A stretch of DNA of 64,000 bases from UHGV virus genome UHGV-0236300. One strand, given 5' to 3'. The notes beneath the pieces are model-generated. The model saw only the letters and a program-made list of their open reading frames with translations. It did not search any database and had not been told where the DNA came from. Of this stretch, positions 49,441 to 57,421 are shown one piece after another (positions within the stretch are counted from its first letter, which is position 1; each line of letters opens with the position of its first letter). The position numbers and the translations under genes were made by a program. Source of the stretch: a virus.

Positions 49441-49470
49441 GCCCTACCCGAAAGGGTGGGGCATTTTTGT
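49441..49470 (+). terminator. rho-independent terminator
   Basis: GCCCTACCC-GAAA-GGGTGGGGC hairpin plus T-run. Confidence 0.7.
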
Positions 49471-49487
49471 ATAGAGAGGACTGAAAA

Positions 49488-49904
49488 ATGACATTAGAAG
49501 ATATCATTGTTAAACCTGAGAACTATGACCAATACAATCTATCAACCCAATCTGTGGACCTTGGATGCGCCACTGTCAGTGCGTGGCTGGTTAACGGAAA
49601 AGAGTTGGATAAATGCTTAGAAGCTCACATGACTGTGAACAAGTTCCTTGATGAAAATACTCACTGGCTGGAAGGTGCAGGTGTATACGCTTCGTGGCTA
49701 GAGAGTATGGGATTTGACTACCAATCTGAAGAGGGGTGGTGGAGCTATCTGGCTATCTGTCCAGAGACATTGCAATGCTTCATGAAATATTCTGAAGATT
49801 TGGAGTACCGGGCGGTGGTTGACAGTGCTATTGCTCGTTATAGCCGTAAACCTTTTTCCCACGACATTAAAACTGTGGAAGAATTTGTTGAAGTTTTCTG
49901 TTGA
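49488..49904 (+). CDS. hypothetical protein
   Basis: RBS GAGAGGA. Confidence 0.55.
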   Translation: MTLEDIIVKPENYDQYNLSTQSVDLGCATVSAWLVNGKELDKCLEAHMTVNKFLDENTHWLEGAGVYASWLESMGFDYQSEEGWWSYLAICPETLQCFMKYSEDLEYRAVVDSAIARYSRKPFSHDIKTVEEFVEVFC

Positions 49905-50000
49905 CACAGGTTGTAAGGTGTGCAATTATAACCTTGTAGAGCTGGAGGATGTGATGAACGAAGAAAACTGGGATGTGTAACTAACAGGAGGCCACTGCCC

Positions 50001-50198
50001 ATGATTTATCGAATCCGTGTGAGAGAAGATGCACCAGGTTGTTACTTTGACTGGCGTGGGTGGTGGTTTCTCCACCCAATGGATGGACTCACAGATAGAA
50101 TGCTGGATGCTGCCCTTTACACAGATACCGACATAGAGTATAATCTTTACTTGAAAGATGGTATCGATAACGGCCTGTTTGAAGCAATTCCTGCGTAA
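50001..50198 (+). CDS. hypothetical small protein
   Basis: RBS CAGGAGG. Confidence 0.5.
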   Translation: MIYRIRVREDAPGCYFDWRGWWFLHPMDGLTDRMLDAALYTDTDIEYNLYLKDGIDNGLFEAIPA

Positions 50199-50263
50199 GA
50201 GAATGTGATCGCCATGTTTTATGATCTTCCTGTAGCACCACCTATTGATCCTGGAGAACTACG

Positions 50264-50689
50264 ATGATTTATGAAATGCCAAAACTGATTCGTGACGATG
50301 CACGAAACGCCCACACCTTTATTATGGGCAAGCGCATGGATATTATTTGTCACAAAGACTTCTGGGAAGGGAGCTACTTCACAGAATATTTTGGAAAAAT
50401 GGATGATGGCCTACTGATCCAGTTTTACACCGATGCGGAAAACAACATTAGTTGGGAGTTCGAGACCGAAGATATCCATAAACTTTTCACCTTCCTTGGT
50501 ATTAAGATTAAGGCCAAGTTTGAAGAGGGAGAGTGCGACGATTGTGGATTTTATGAGGTAACAGATTTCTATCTTCCGAGCGGTAAAAACCTTTACTATG
50601 AAAGCCACTTCGGTAACTCCAATATGCCACAGTGCTGGACTGAGTTTTTTGAAATTGTGGAAGAGGAGCTGGAATATCGTGATTATTGA
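50264..50689 (+). CDS. hypothetical protein, translationally coupled to macro-domain gene
   Basis: RBS GGAGAA; stop overlaps GTG start of next gene. Confidence 0.55.
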   Translation: MIYEMPKLIRDDARNAHTFIMGKRMDIICHKDFWEGSYFTEYFGKMDDGLLIQFYTDAENNISWEFETEDIHKLFTFLGIKIKAKFEEGECDDCGFYEVTDFYLPSGKNLYYESHFGNSNMPQCWTEFFEIVEEELEYRDY

Positions 50690-51137
50690 TACTGTAGAGG
50701 GAGATTTAATCTCCCTTTTTAAGAGCGGTGCTGGTCACCTGATCCACGGTTGTAACTGCTTCCACACAATGGGTAAGGGTGTAGCAAAACAGATTGCCCG
50801 TGAGTTCCCTCAAGCATTGGAAGCTGATAAAATGACTATGCACGGTTGCCTAAGTAAACTGGGCGCGTTCTCCCGCTGGGAGCACTTATCTCCGAGAGGT
50901 ATTGTCTACGGAATAAATCTGTATACTCAGTTCTACCCAGGGCCTAATGCTGAATATTTCTCAATACTGAAAGGATTTGAGCGAGTCAATGAAGTATTTG
51001 AGGGGTCGATTTTACCATTCTACATCCCTAAGATCGGGTGCGGCATAGGCGGTTTGAAGTGGGAACATGTAGAGGACATTATTAACCTTGCCACTTTTGA
51101 TATAGATATTATCGTGGTGGAGTACAAAGAGTGTTGA
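50679..51137 (+). CDS. macro-domain protein (Poa1p-like ADP-ribose processing family)
   Basis: Motif LIHGCNCFHTMGKGVAKQIAREFP resembles Poa1p-type macro domains as I recall them; GTG start 10 nt after GAGGAG. Confidence 0.5.
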   Translation: MIIDTVEGDLISLFKSGAGHLIHGCNCFHTMGKGVAKQIAREFPQALEADKMTMHGCLSKLGAFSRWEHLSPRGIVYGINLYTQFYPGPNAEYFSILKGFERVNEVFEGSILPFYIPKIGCGIGGLKWEHVEDIINLATFDIDIIVVEYKEC

Positions 51138-51162
51138 CAGCTATATTTTAAGGTGGTATAGT
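51134..51162 (+). promoter_or_regulatory. sigma70-like promoter
   Basis: TTGACA-17-TATAGT. Confidence 0.55.
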
Positions 51163-51191
51163 CACCACAACGATTAAGACAGGGGAGCACT

Positions 51192-51386
51192 ATGGAGACT
51201 AAAATCTTAATTCTAGCTGTGATAGATACAACAGAAGGAGCCATGTTTGAATCTGCAGGAGGGTATTTCTACCTGCCCTACGGAAAAAGAACTTCCGAGC
51301 CGAGTAAAGATTCAATCCTCAAAGTGTTCCCGTGTGCTTTCTGGCTGGAGATTCTGGTAGAAGATTGCAGAGGCTTGGGGAGATAA
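51192..51386 (+). CDS. hypothetical small protein
   Basis: RBS AGGGGAG. Confidence 0.5.
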   Translation: METKILILAVIDTTEGAMFESAGGYFYLPYGKRTSEPSKDSILKVFPCAFWLEILVEDCRGLGR

Positions 51387-51388
51387 TT

Positions 51389-51583
51389 ATGAGAAACAAG
51401 AAAGAGCTTTACTCTGGCGAGTGGATAAACGATCAACAGGTAGGAGAGGTAACCTGCTTCCGTTGCTTTACTCGGTACAATCTTAAAACTGCACCAAAAA
51501 GTGTTCCAAAGACTGACGGTTATTACATAAAAGAACCTCATTGCCCGAAGTGTAAATGCCGAGTATACTGGAGTAACCTGTAA
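51389..51583 (+). CDS. small zinc-ribbon protein
   Basis: ATG after GGGGAG; CFRC...CPKCKC. Confidence 0.5.
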   Translation: MRNKKELYSGEWINDQQVGEVTCFRCFTRYNLKTAPKSVPKTDGYYIKEPHCPKCKCRVYWSNL

Positions 51584-51587
51584 AAGG

Positions 51588-51615
51588 TTGACATCTGAAA
51601 ACTGCGGTATATAAT
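51588..51615 (+). promoter_or_regulatory. sigma70-like promoter
   Basis: TTGACA-16-TATAAT. Confidence 0.55.
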
Positions 51616-51646
51616 ATAAACATAAACTAGCAGAGAGGGATAAATT

Positions 51647-51838
51647 ATGGTAATTTTTAATCGAGACGGTATCATAGTTAGACAGCACCCATTCCTTGAA
51701 TACTATCAGGTTGAGCAATGGTGTTACGGTGATTGCAGTCATTCCTATGGGCAAAGTTGGGGATATCGCACAGTTTTTGAATCAACAGATCTTGATAAAG
51801 TAAAACAGAAAGTCTTAGAACTTCTTAACAACAAGTGA
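51647..51838 (+). CDS. hypothetical small protein
   Basis: RBS GAGAGGGA. Confidence 0.5.
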   Translation: MVIFNRDGIIVRQHPFLEYYQVEQWCYGDCSHSYGQSWGYRTVFESTDLDKVKQKVLELLNNK

Positions 51839-51848
51839 GTATTATACT

Positions 51849-52181
51849 ATGGTAACATTAGAAAGACGTAAAGCTATCGCCGCCACACTGGCAGACATCT
51901 TTTGGGATTGCAATTTAAAAGATACCCGATATTGCGGCGCATCTGTAGATGTATTATTCCCACGGCCCACCATTGTTGCAATGGGTAGCCTGCTGGGTGT
52001 AGTTGCAGGTGCATGGGATAAGGAAGGTGGTTTCTATATCTGGCAGCCTGACTACGGGACCTGGAAAGAAGTAAGGGGTGCTGATGACTTTGGGCCTGCA
52101 GTTGCTAAGATGGATGGCTGGGAAATTTATGTTGGAAACGACATGAAGCTGAAAGGTGAGATTGTTTACTGGTTACCTTAA
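51849..52181 (+). CDS. hypothetical protein
   Basis: 110-aa ORF in co-directional array. Confidence 0.5.
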   Translation: MVTLERRKAIAATLADIFWDCNLKDTRYCGASVDVLFPRPTIVAMGSLLGVVAGAWDKEGGFYIWQPDYGTWKEVRGADDFGPAVAKMDGWEIYVGNDMKLKGEIVYWLP

Positions 52182-52201
52182 TAAAACGCAGGAGATAAAG
52201 T

Positions 52202-52447
52202 ATGAACAAAGGGTGGACATTTGTAGACGGCGTTAAAAACATGCCTCTAGGAAAGTATATTGTAGCCATGGCAGATGAGAATGGCAAGGTGGATTTCGGA
52301 GTTTGCGAGATTGTTCTTGCAGGATCTGGTGACTATGCCCACAAAACTGGGATAATTAACGGTCATTTCTACTTTGATTACAACCCTGTTGTGGCGTATA
52401 TGGCTATGCCAGAGTTAGAGCTCCCAAAGGAGGGTGCAGATGTTTAA
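52202..52447 (+). CDS. hypothetical protein
   Basis: RBS AGGAGA. Confidence 0.5.
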   Translation: MNKGWTFVDGVKNMPLGKYIVAMADENGKVDFGVCEIVLAGSGDYAHKTGIINGHFYFDYNPVVAYMAMPELELPKEGADV

Positions 52448-52637
52448 GCTTAAATCTGCATGGAACATTGCTGTGGGTGATGAGATCCGCATCCCTGGTG
52501 GGAAGACCGTTATGAAGATATCTCGTATTGAATACGAAGGCGACCGTGTATTCCACATCTTTGCAGAAGATGGTCGGGAAATTTATGTACAAGCGGGCTC
52601 TCACATCTATATCCGTAAGAAAGGGGATGACAAATGA
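52434..52637 (+). CDS. hypothetical protein
   Basis: RBS AAGGAGGG; short overlap with upstream gene. Confidence 0.5.
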   Translation: MQMFKLKSAWNIAVGDEIRIPGGKTVMKISRIEYEGDRVFHIFAEDGREIYVQAGSHIYIRKKGDDK

Positions 52638-52963
52638 CAGAGATCATTATTTCAACTGCAGGGTATGTATTCCTGACAATCATTGCTCTGACCATTTTGG
52701 TGGCGGTATATGGATTTGTTATTCTACCTATTCTTGAGACAATTAGTTTGTGTCGGTGTTGGAGAAAGGCTTACGGTCCACAGCCGTGGAGGGACTGGCC
52801 CCACCTGGTTCGCATAGCGTTCTCTTATGCTTATGATCACGCCAGCAGTGCATGCATAACCGGGTATCACGCTCACAATTGGAACTGGGAGGGGTTGGGT
52901 AGATGGAATGTTATAAAGACCATACCTCTACGTATGCACAAGCCTAAAAACAAAGACAGTTGA
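52634..52963 (+). CDS. hypothetical membrane protein
   Basis: ATGA overlap; hydrophobic N-terminal segment. Confidence 0.5.
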   Translation: MTEIIISTAGYVFLTIIALTILVAVYGFVILPILETISLCRCWRKAYGPQPWRDWPHLVRIAFSYAYDHASSACITGYHAHNWNWEGLGRWNVIKTIPLRMHKPKNKDS

Positions 52964-53008
52964 TACTTGAAAATCCCTGGCACATCAAGTATAAGGAGGA
53001 TTTCTAAA

Positions 53009-53116
53009 ATGGACTTCCTCCTTTTGATATTTTACCTGGCCGGATATTTTAAAATTCTTAGAAAATCAGAAAATGGATCGAAAACTAAAATGGATTTTTC
53101 AAGACAGGCGCGATAA
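53009..53116 (+). CDS. small hydrophobic peptide (35 aa)
   Basis: Not in ORF track; ATG 7 nt after AAGGAGGA; RBS lies in GGAGGA...TCCTCC inverted repeat. Confidence 0.35.
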   Translation: MDFLLLIFYLAGYFKILRKSENGSKTKMDFSRQAR

Positions 53117-53274
53117 GATGTGCTGCTCATTCTATCGTTCGCACCGTACTTTAAGTTACTATTCCAGATTTTCCGCACATACTCTCACCCTTCTACCAGA
53201 ACTTTCCCAGCTTACCTTTGACCCTTTATAACAATAAACCCATTATTCTCAGTAGGTTTTGATACATCTCTCTC

Positions 53275-53440
53275 AGTACTCGATCTGTTTTTCGTTTCAA
53301 AGATTGAATTTTCTGAAAATTTTTCTCGATAAATTTCTTAGTACTCGATCTGTTTTTCGTTTTCTGAATCAGATTTTCTGGAAATCGTTCCGGAGCTCGA
53401 CCTGAAATTTTTGGGGACGAAATCGATTTTTCGTTTTCGG
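53275..53440. repeat. direct repeats (23-bp iterons, each with a GATC site) in non-coding DNA
   Basis: AGTACTCGATCTGTTTTTCGTTT at 53275 and 53340; degenerate copies at 53392-53440. Confidence 0.6.
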
Positions 53441-53565
53441 AAATGGATTTTTAAAATTTGTATATGGAAATACTTAAGGAGGTATTATTTTATATAGAAT
53501 TGTCACGGTAGGTAATTAGCATGCTAACTAAATTTATGAAATGCGAAAAGTTCTCATTTAGAATT

Positions 53566-53584
53566 TTGAATGATAATCATTCTC
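53566..53584 (+). promoter_or_regulatory. Fur-box-like operator (copy 1)
   Basis: TTGAATGATAATCATTCTC matches 16 of 19 positions of Fur consensus GATAATGATAATCATTATC. Confidence 0.45.
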
Positions 53585-53698
53585 GTTTGCAGAATAACGG
53601 GCACCCCCGGTGATTGTCTCCCGGCCCCTGTTGCCCCGGCTTGTTATTATAGTATCACACAGGACAAAGAAAGCAAGGATTTTTTGCATAAATTTTTA

Positions 53699-53720
53699 AA
53701 TGATAATGATAACCGTTCTC
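53699..53720 (+). promoter_or_regulatory. Fur-box-like operator (copy 2)
   Basis: GATAATGATAACCGTTCTC matches 16 of 19 Fur consensus positions. Confidence 0.4.
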
Positions 53721-53941
53721 ATTTTATGCAGCGCCCATCCCCGGTGGTTGTCTCCCCCGTCACCGGTGCCTGCCGTCCTTTCGATAGGTATATTGTGCCA
53801 CCTGGCGGGGCCGCTGTCAACACTTTTCAAAAAAATTCTAACCTGATGCGCTAACCGTTGCAACCTGGCGGGGCCAGCCTGGCAGGGCTATGCTATAGGG
53901 TAGGCAACAACTGAAGAGGAGGTACAAAAATAAAAGGTAAT

Positions 53942-54103
53942 ATGATCCCTGGAAATGTAGCGATTAATGACGCTGAGGCTATCGCCCTGGTTGAAAAGGC
54001 TATGGCGGGAGCGTTGGAACATAAAGAAGAGTACGAAAAAATGATGGTTAACCTGGCAGGGGCGGCGGCTGGAGAATTCTGCCCAAAAAATAATTCTAAC
54101 TAA
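53942..54103 (+). CDS. small hypothetical protein (53 aa)
   Basis: Not in ORF track; ATG after GAAGAGGAGG. Confidence 0.45.
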   Translation: MIPGNVAINDAEAIALVEKAMAGALEHKEEYEKMMVNLAGAAAGEFCPKNNSN

Positions 54104-54186
54104 TGGTTGACAGCTCGGATAGTTCTGTTATTCTTATCCTCGCAAGGTGAACAACACCACACTAATTAACAGAGAGGATAAAAATC

Positions 54187-54384
54187 ATGAACGCCTACGG
54201 AATTAAAGTACGTCGCAACACTCGCCAGGCCGTCACCGATCAAATGATTTGCCAGGTGGACGTAACCATCAACAACGGGCAAGGCCTTTATAAATTCCGT
54301 CGCGGTCAGAGCTACACCCGGCAACAGCTTAATCGTTGCGCCCTGACAAAAGGCCAGATCAACCACTGGTTTAATAAAAAATAA
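54187..54384 (+). CDS. hypothetical small basic protein
   Basis: RBS GAGAGGA. Confidence 0.5.
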   Translation: MNAYGIKVRRNTRQAVTDQMICQVDVTINNGQGLYKFRRGQSYTRQQLNRCALTKGQINHWFNKK

Positions 54385-54387
54385 GTA

Positions 54388-54416
54388 TTGACATACAGTC
54401 TGACACCAAATACACT
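54388..54416 (+). promoter_or_regulatory. sigma70-like promoter
   Basis: TTGACA-17-TACACT. Confidence 0.45.
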
Positions 54417-54448
54417 AAAAGCACAAAAGACACTAAGAGGATAAAATC

Positions 54449-54847
54449 ATGAAAACCACTACCTTTAATTTTGATAATGCGGACTTTTCTTTTTCTGATG
54501 TCAAGAACTGCCGCCGTGATCGTGGATTTTACAAGGCCTATAATCTGGTGGGCCTGGACGATGACAATAATTTGCACGAAGTAGCTGAGATCCGGTATTA
54601 TGCCGCCGCCAGCGGGAACACTCAATACTGCGTTTTTTGGATTCACGACAACAAGAACAATAAGTACGGTTATACTGGCGGGAAGGCGAGCGGTCACGGT
54701 TACGATAAAGCTAATGCAGCACTTGAGAGCGCATTAAATGCTATGGGGATCACTGCCAACGGCTGGATCTATGAAGAAGAGTTTTTGTCGGCACTTGCTA
54801 ACCACCTGGGCTATAAAAAGCACATTGTAACATGCGCCCACGAATAA
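54449..54847 (+). CDS. hypothetical protein
   Basis: RBS AAGAGGA. Confidence 0.55.
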   Translation: MKTTTFNFDNADFSFSDVKNCRRDRGFYKAYNLVGLDDDNNLHEVAEIRYYAAASGNTQYCVFWIHDNKNNKYGYTGGKASGHGYDKANAALESALNAMGITANGWIYEEEFLSALANHLGYKKHIVTCAHE

Positions 54848-54853
54848 AAATTG

Positions 54854-54881
54854 TTGACACGCTGCAAAATTCAAGTAAACT
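54854..54881 (+). promoter_or_regulatory. sigma70-like promoter
   Basis: TTGACA-16-TAAACT. Confidence 0.45.
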
Positions 54882-54929
54882 AATCACAAAAGGCGGGAAT
54901 GTTTCCCGCCAACACAAAGGAAAAAGATC

Positions 54930-55334
54930 ATGAATAAGAACGTACGCCGCATCATGAATGAACTGGCAAACGATGAAAAAATTATTGATATGCATTTGGT
55001 GAACATTTGCCGCCGTTGTGTAACATATAACAACCGCGCCGCAAAAGCGCGTGAGATGAACGCAAAAGGCACCTTAAAGCCCTTCCAGGTGGTGGTAAAG
55101 GCCATCAAAGATGTAACTAATACGGCAAACCAGGTACAGGGGAACACCAACGAGAGTACCGATATTGATCCGGCTTACATCATGAAACGGATCCGGACCT
55201 GCAAGAACAAAGAGCAAGTGTATAACGTCATAGACTGGTTGGATTCTATGGGCGACGTGGTGTACAATAGGTTTTCTGCAGCTATCGAGATCCAGCTTGA
55301 CAGGTTGGACGGGAAAGTACTGAAAACTTATTAA
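54930..55334 (+). CDS. hypothetical protein
   Basis: RBS AAGGAAA. Confidence 0.55.
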   Translation: MNKNVRRIMNELANDEKIIDMHLVNICRRCVTYNNRAAKAREMNAKGTLKPFQVVVKAIKDVTNTANQVQGNTNESTDIDPAYIMKRIRTCKNKEQVYNVIDWLDSMGDVVYNRFSAAIEIQLDRLDGKVLKTY

Positions 55335-55335
55335 G

Positions 55336-55381
55336 TTTATTTTTAGATGGCCTTGACTCCAGGGCCATCAATAAAGTAAAC
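55336..55381 (+). repeat. conserved intergenic cassette copy 1 (T-run plus GATGGCC...GGCCATC hairpin with embedded TTGACT)
   Basis: 46-bp sequence identical to 55957-56002. Confidence 0.7.
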
Positions 55382-55414
55382 TAGTCTCAACTAAGCGAAA
55401 AAGGGGGCTTTAAG

Positions 55415-55534
55415 ATGAGCACTACACGCCAATACACAAAGGTAACTATTATCGTTTGCGTTGTCGGTTACATCCTGGCGCAAATGTTAATGAGTAGCGC
55501 CAACAGTTTTGCAAAATTTTTCTTAAATTTTTAA
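55415..55534 (+). CDS. small hydrophobic peptide (39 aa)
   Basis: Not in ORF track; ATG after AAGGGGG. Confidence 0.35.
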   Translation: MSTTRQYTKVTIIVCVVGYILAQMLMSSANSFAKFFLNF

Positions 55535-55562
55535 TTGACAAGCTAACCCAAATCAGTATACT
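55535..55562 (+). promoter_or_regulatory. sigma70-like promoter followed by conserved ACGTAAACGGGAAAACTTCCC element
   Basis: TTGACA-16-TATACT; downstream 22-bp element 55567-55588 duplicated at 57426-57447. Confidence 0.6.
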
Positions 55563-55613
55563 TAAGCACGTAAACGGGAAAACTTCCCAGAACACACAAA
55601 AGGAGAAAACACC

Positions 55614-55946
55614 ATGACTACTATGACCGCCGCAGAAAAAGCTATTCAGGTTGCCGCACTGAAAAAACAGATCGCAGACCTTGAGAACAAGATCGATAAC
55701 TTTGAAATCGACGAGGACAAGTACGACGAAAACTATGATGAATGGTTAGACGAGGTCTACGGCGAAATCATGATCGGAAACATTTCTTTTCTTCCGTCGC
55801 GTATCCTCAAGGAGCTAGATCCTATCGCTTACCGCTGCGGATTTAGCGACTACATCGACAGCCTGGATATTGAGGACGATGAAGAGTACCAAGAATTGCA
55901 AACAGAGTTGGAAGAAGCAAAAGAAGAGCTTGCAGAACTGGAATAA
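55614..55946 (+). CDS. hypothetical acidic coiled-coil protein
   Basis: RBS AAGGAGAA. Confidence 0.55.
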   Translation: MTTMTAAEKAIQVAALKKQIADLENKIDNFEIDEDKYDENYDEWLDEVYGEIMIGNISFLPSRILKELDPIAYRCGFSDYIDSLDIEDDEEYQELQTELEEAKEELAELE

Positions 55947-55956
55947 AACGAGTAAA

Positions 55957-56002
55957 TTTATTTTTAGATGGCCTTGACTCCAGGGCCATCAATAAAGTAA
56001 AC
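55957..56002 (+). repeat. conserved intergenic cassette copy 2
   Basis: Identical to 55336-55381. Confidence 0.7.
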
Positions 56003-56041
56003 TTTACACTGTTAACACTGAACTAATGAGGAGTTAAAACC

Positions 56042-56287
56042 ATGGCAGCACTAATCACCAAATATTATGCGCCTACCAACACCAAAAGCGCCCGTATCAT
56101 GGTAAAAGGCTTCGGACGTAAAAAGGTCTACACCTGGGATTATGCCTTAGATATGGAAGACAACTACACCAACGCAATGACCGATTTTATTAATGATCTG
56201 AATAAACAGATCTTAACCGACTACAAAGTGACCGATATTGCCTACGTCGGGGAAGGCGGGATCTGTTTTGTGGGCATTGTGAAATAG
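56042..56287 (+). CDS. hypothetical protein
   Basis: RBS GAGGAG. Confidence 0.5.
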   Translation: MAALITKYYAPTNTKSARIMVKGFGRKKVYTWDYALDMEDNYTNAMTDFINDLNKQILTDYKVTDIAYVGEGGICFVGIVK

Positions 56288-56330
56288 TTATTTTTTCGGT
56301 GGTCCTGGCTGCAGGGCCATCTATAAAGAT
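56288..56330 (+). repeat. conserved intergenic cassette copy 3 (diverged)
   Basis: TTATTTTTTCGGTGGTCCTGGCTGCAGGGCCATCTATAAAG, variant of the 55336 and 55957 cassette. Confidence 0.55.
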
Positions 56331-56362
56331 AATTTATTAACACCATGAAAGGAGAAAGTAAC

Positions 56363-56716
56363 ATGATCAGCGGTGCAAGTTTTATCATTGGCGCTATTGC
56401 TACGGCTTTAATTGTAAACAAGATCCAGGATAAAAAGGAAAGAGGAAGCACCGCCCTTGCAGAATATCCATTTTGGGCATTCAACGATAACGAAGATTAT
56501 ATTATAAAGTATAAAAATAAAGAAGGTGACCAAGTAACACCGCGACCGATCCCGGCTTACAAGATGCAGGAAACACTATACCGCCTGGAGGCGGGGGGCG
56601 CAAAAATTGTGGACTTTTGGGGATACGATCACACAGATCAGGAAGTTATAAAGCGCCGTATCCGGGCTATTCAGGCCAATATTGAAGTTAGCAAGGGGGG
56701 AATATATGAAGATTAA
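56363..56716 (+). CDS. hypothetical protein
   Basis: ATG after AAAGGAGAA (track start 56345 contains the RBS). Confidence 0.5.
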   Translation: MISGASFIIGAIATALIVNKIQDKKERGSTALAEYPFWAFNDNEDYIIKYKNKEGDQVTPRPIPAYKMQETLYRLEAGGAKIVDFWGYDHTDQEVIKRRIRAIQANIEVSKGGIYED

Positions 56717-56903
56717 TTTTGAGAAGATTGTAAAGCGATCTCATGATTCCGAAGAGTTGCCGGAACGCCGCCAGCGTAACAATAAACTGAATAAGCCAAA
56801 AAGATTTGGAAAGATCTGGCGAAATCATTATGATCGTAAATTGCCTGGCCTACTTTTGGAACGTGAACGACAGGCAGAACGATACCGCCATAAAGACAAA
56901 TAA
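56706..56903 (+). CDS. hypothetical small basic protein
   Basis: ATG after AAGGGGGG; overlaps upstream stop; terminator follows. Confidence 0.5.
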   Translation: MKINFEKIVKRSHDSEELPERRQRNNKLNKPKRFGKIWRNHYDRKLPGLLLERERQAERYRHKDK

Positions 56904-56911
56904 CAACCAAC

Positions 56912-56940
56912 GCCCCGCCATTGTGCGGGGCTTTTTATTT
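56912..56940 (+). terminator. rho-independent terminator
   Basis: GCCCCGC-CATTGT-GCGGGGC hairpin plus TTTTTATTT. Confidence 0.75.
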
Positions 56941-57083
56941 CTATTCTACGAATAGCGCCCCTGGTTGGCCCTGTAAGCGCCAAAAAGGCCCCCACCTATG
57001 CAATCGCCCCTTTAACCTGAAAACATCGCCCAGGGCCGTTTTATGGCGTTAAAAATATTATTGGCAGTGATTTTATTTAAAGC

Positions 57084-57111
57084 TTGACATCTTAAACAGG
57101 TTAGCTATACT
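57084..57111 (+). promoter_or_regulatory. sigma70-like promoter
   Basis: TTGACA-16-TATACT. Confidence 0.6.
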
Positions 57112-57143
57112 AACCACATCAAAGAGAGAAAGGAGTAAACGCC

Positions 57144-57404
57144 ATGCGTAAATTAAAAAATTTTGATAAAGTTGATGTTATCCTGAATAATTTTTACTAC
57201 TGCAACAACAAGGCCATTTGGTGGCGTGATAGTTCCACCGATAAAGTCAAGGCGCGCTTTCTCCAGGGGCACTGGCAAGGCCGTCCAGTGATTAAAATCA
57301 TGGGGCAATTGGTAGCGTTTAAAAATTGCCGCCGTGTTGATGACGTTGAAGAGATTTTAAACATTTTGCGCCACAATAATTTAAAAAATAGTGTTGACAA
57401 GTAA
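57144..57404 (+). CDS. hypothetical protein
   Basis: RBS AAAGGAG. Confidence 0.55.
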   Translation: MRKLKNFDKVDVILNNFYYCNNKAIWWRDSSTDKVKARFLQGHWQGRPVIKIMGQLVAFKNCRRVDDVEEILNILRHNNLKNSVDK

Positions 57405-57421
57405 ATCTCGATAAGTATACT
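57394..57421 (+). promoter_or_regulatory. sigma70-like promoter followed by conserved ACGTAAACGGGAAAACTTCCC element
   Basis: TTGACA-16-TATACT overlapping end of upstream gene; element at 57426-57447. Confidence 0.6.

Noticed and set aside
53570-53854. 94-aa plus-strand ORF from the track
   Set aside because: Starts on the ATG inside the first Fur-box-like palindrome, has no RBS, and runs through both repeated operators and GC-rich elements; more likely non-coding regulatory or RNA sequence.
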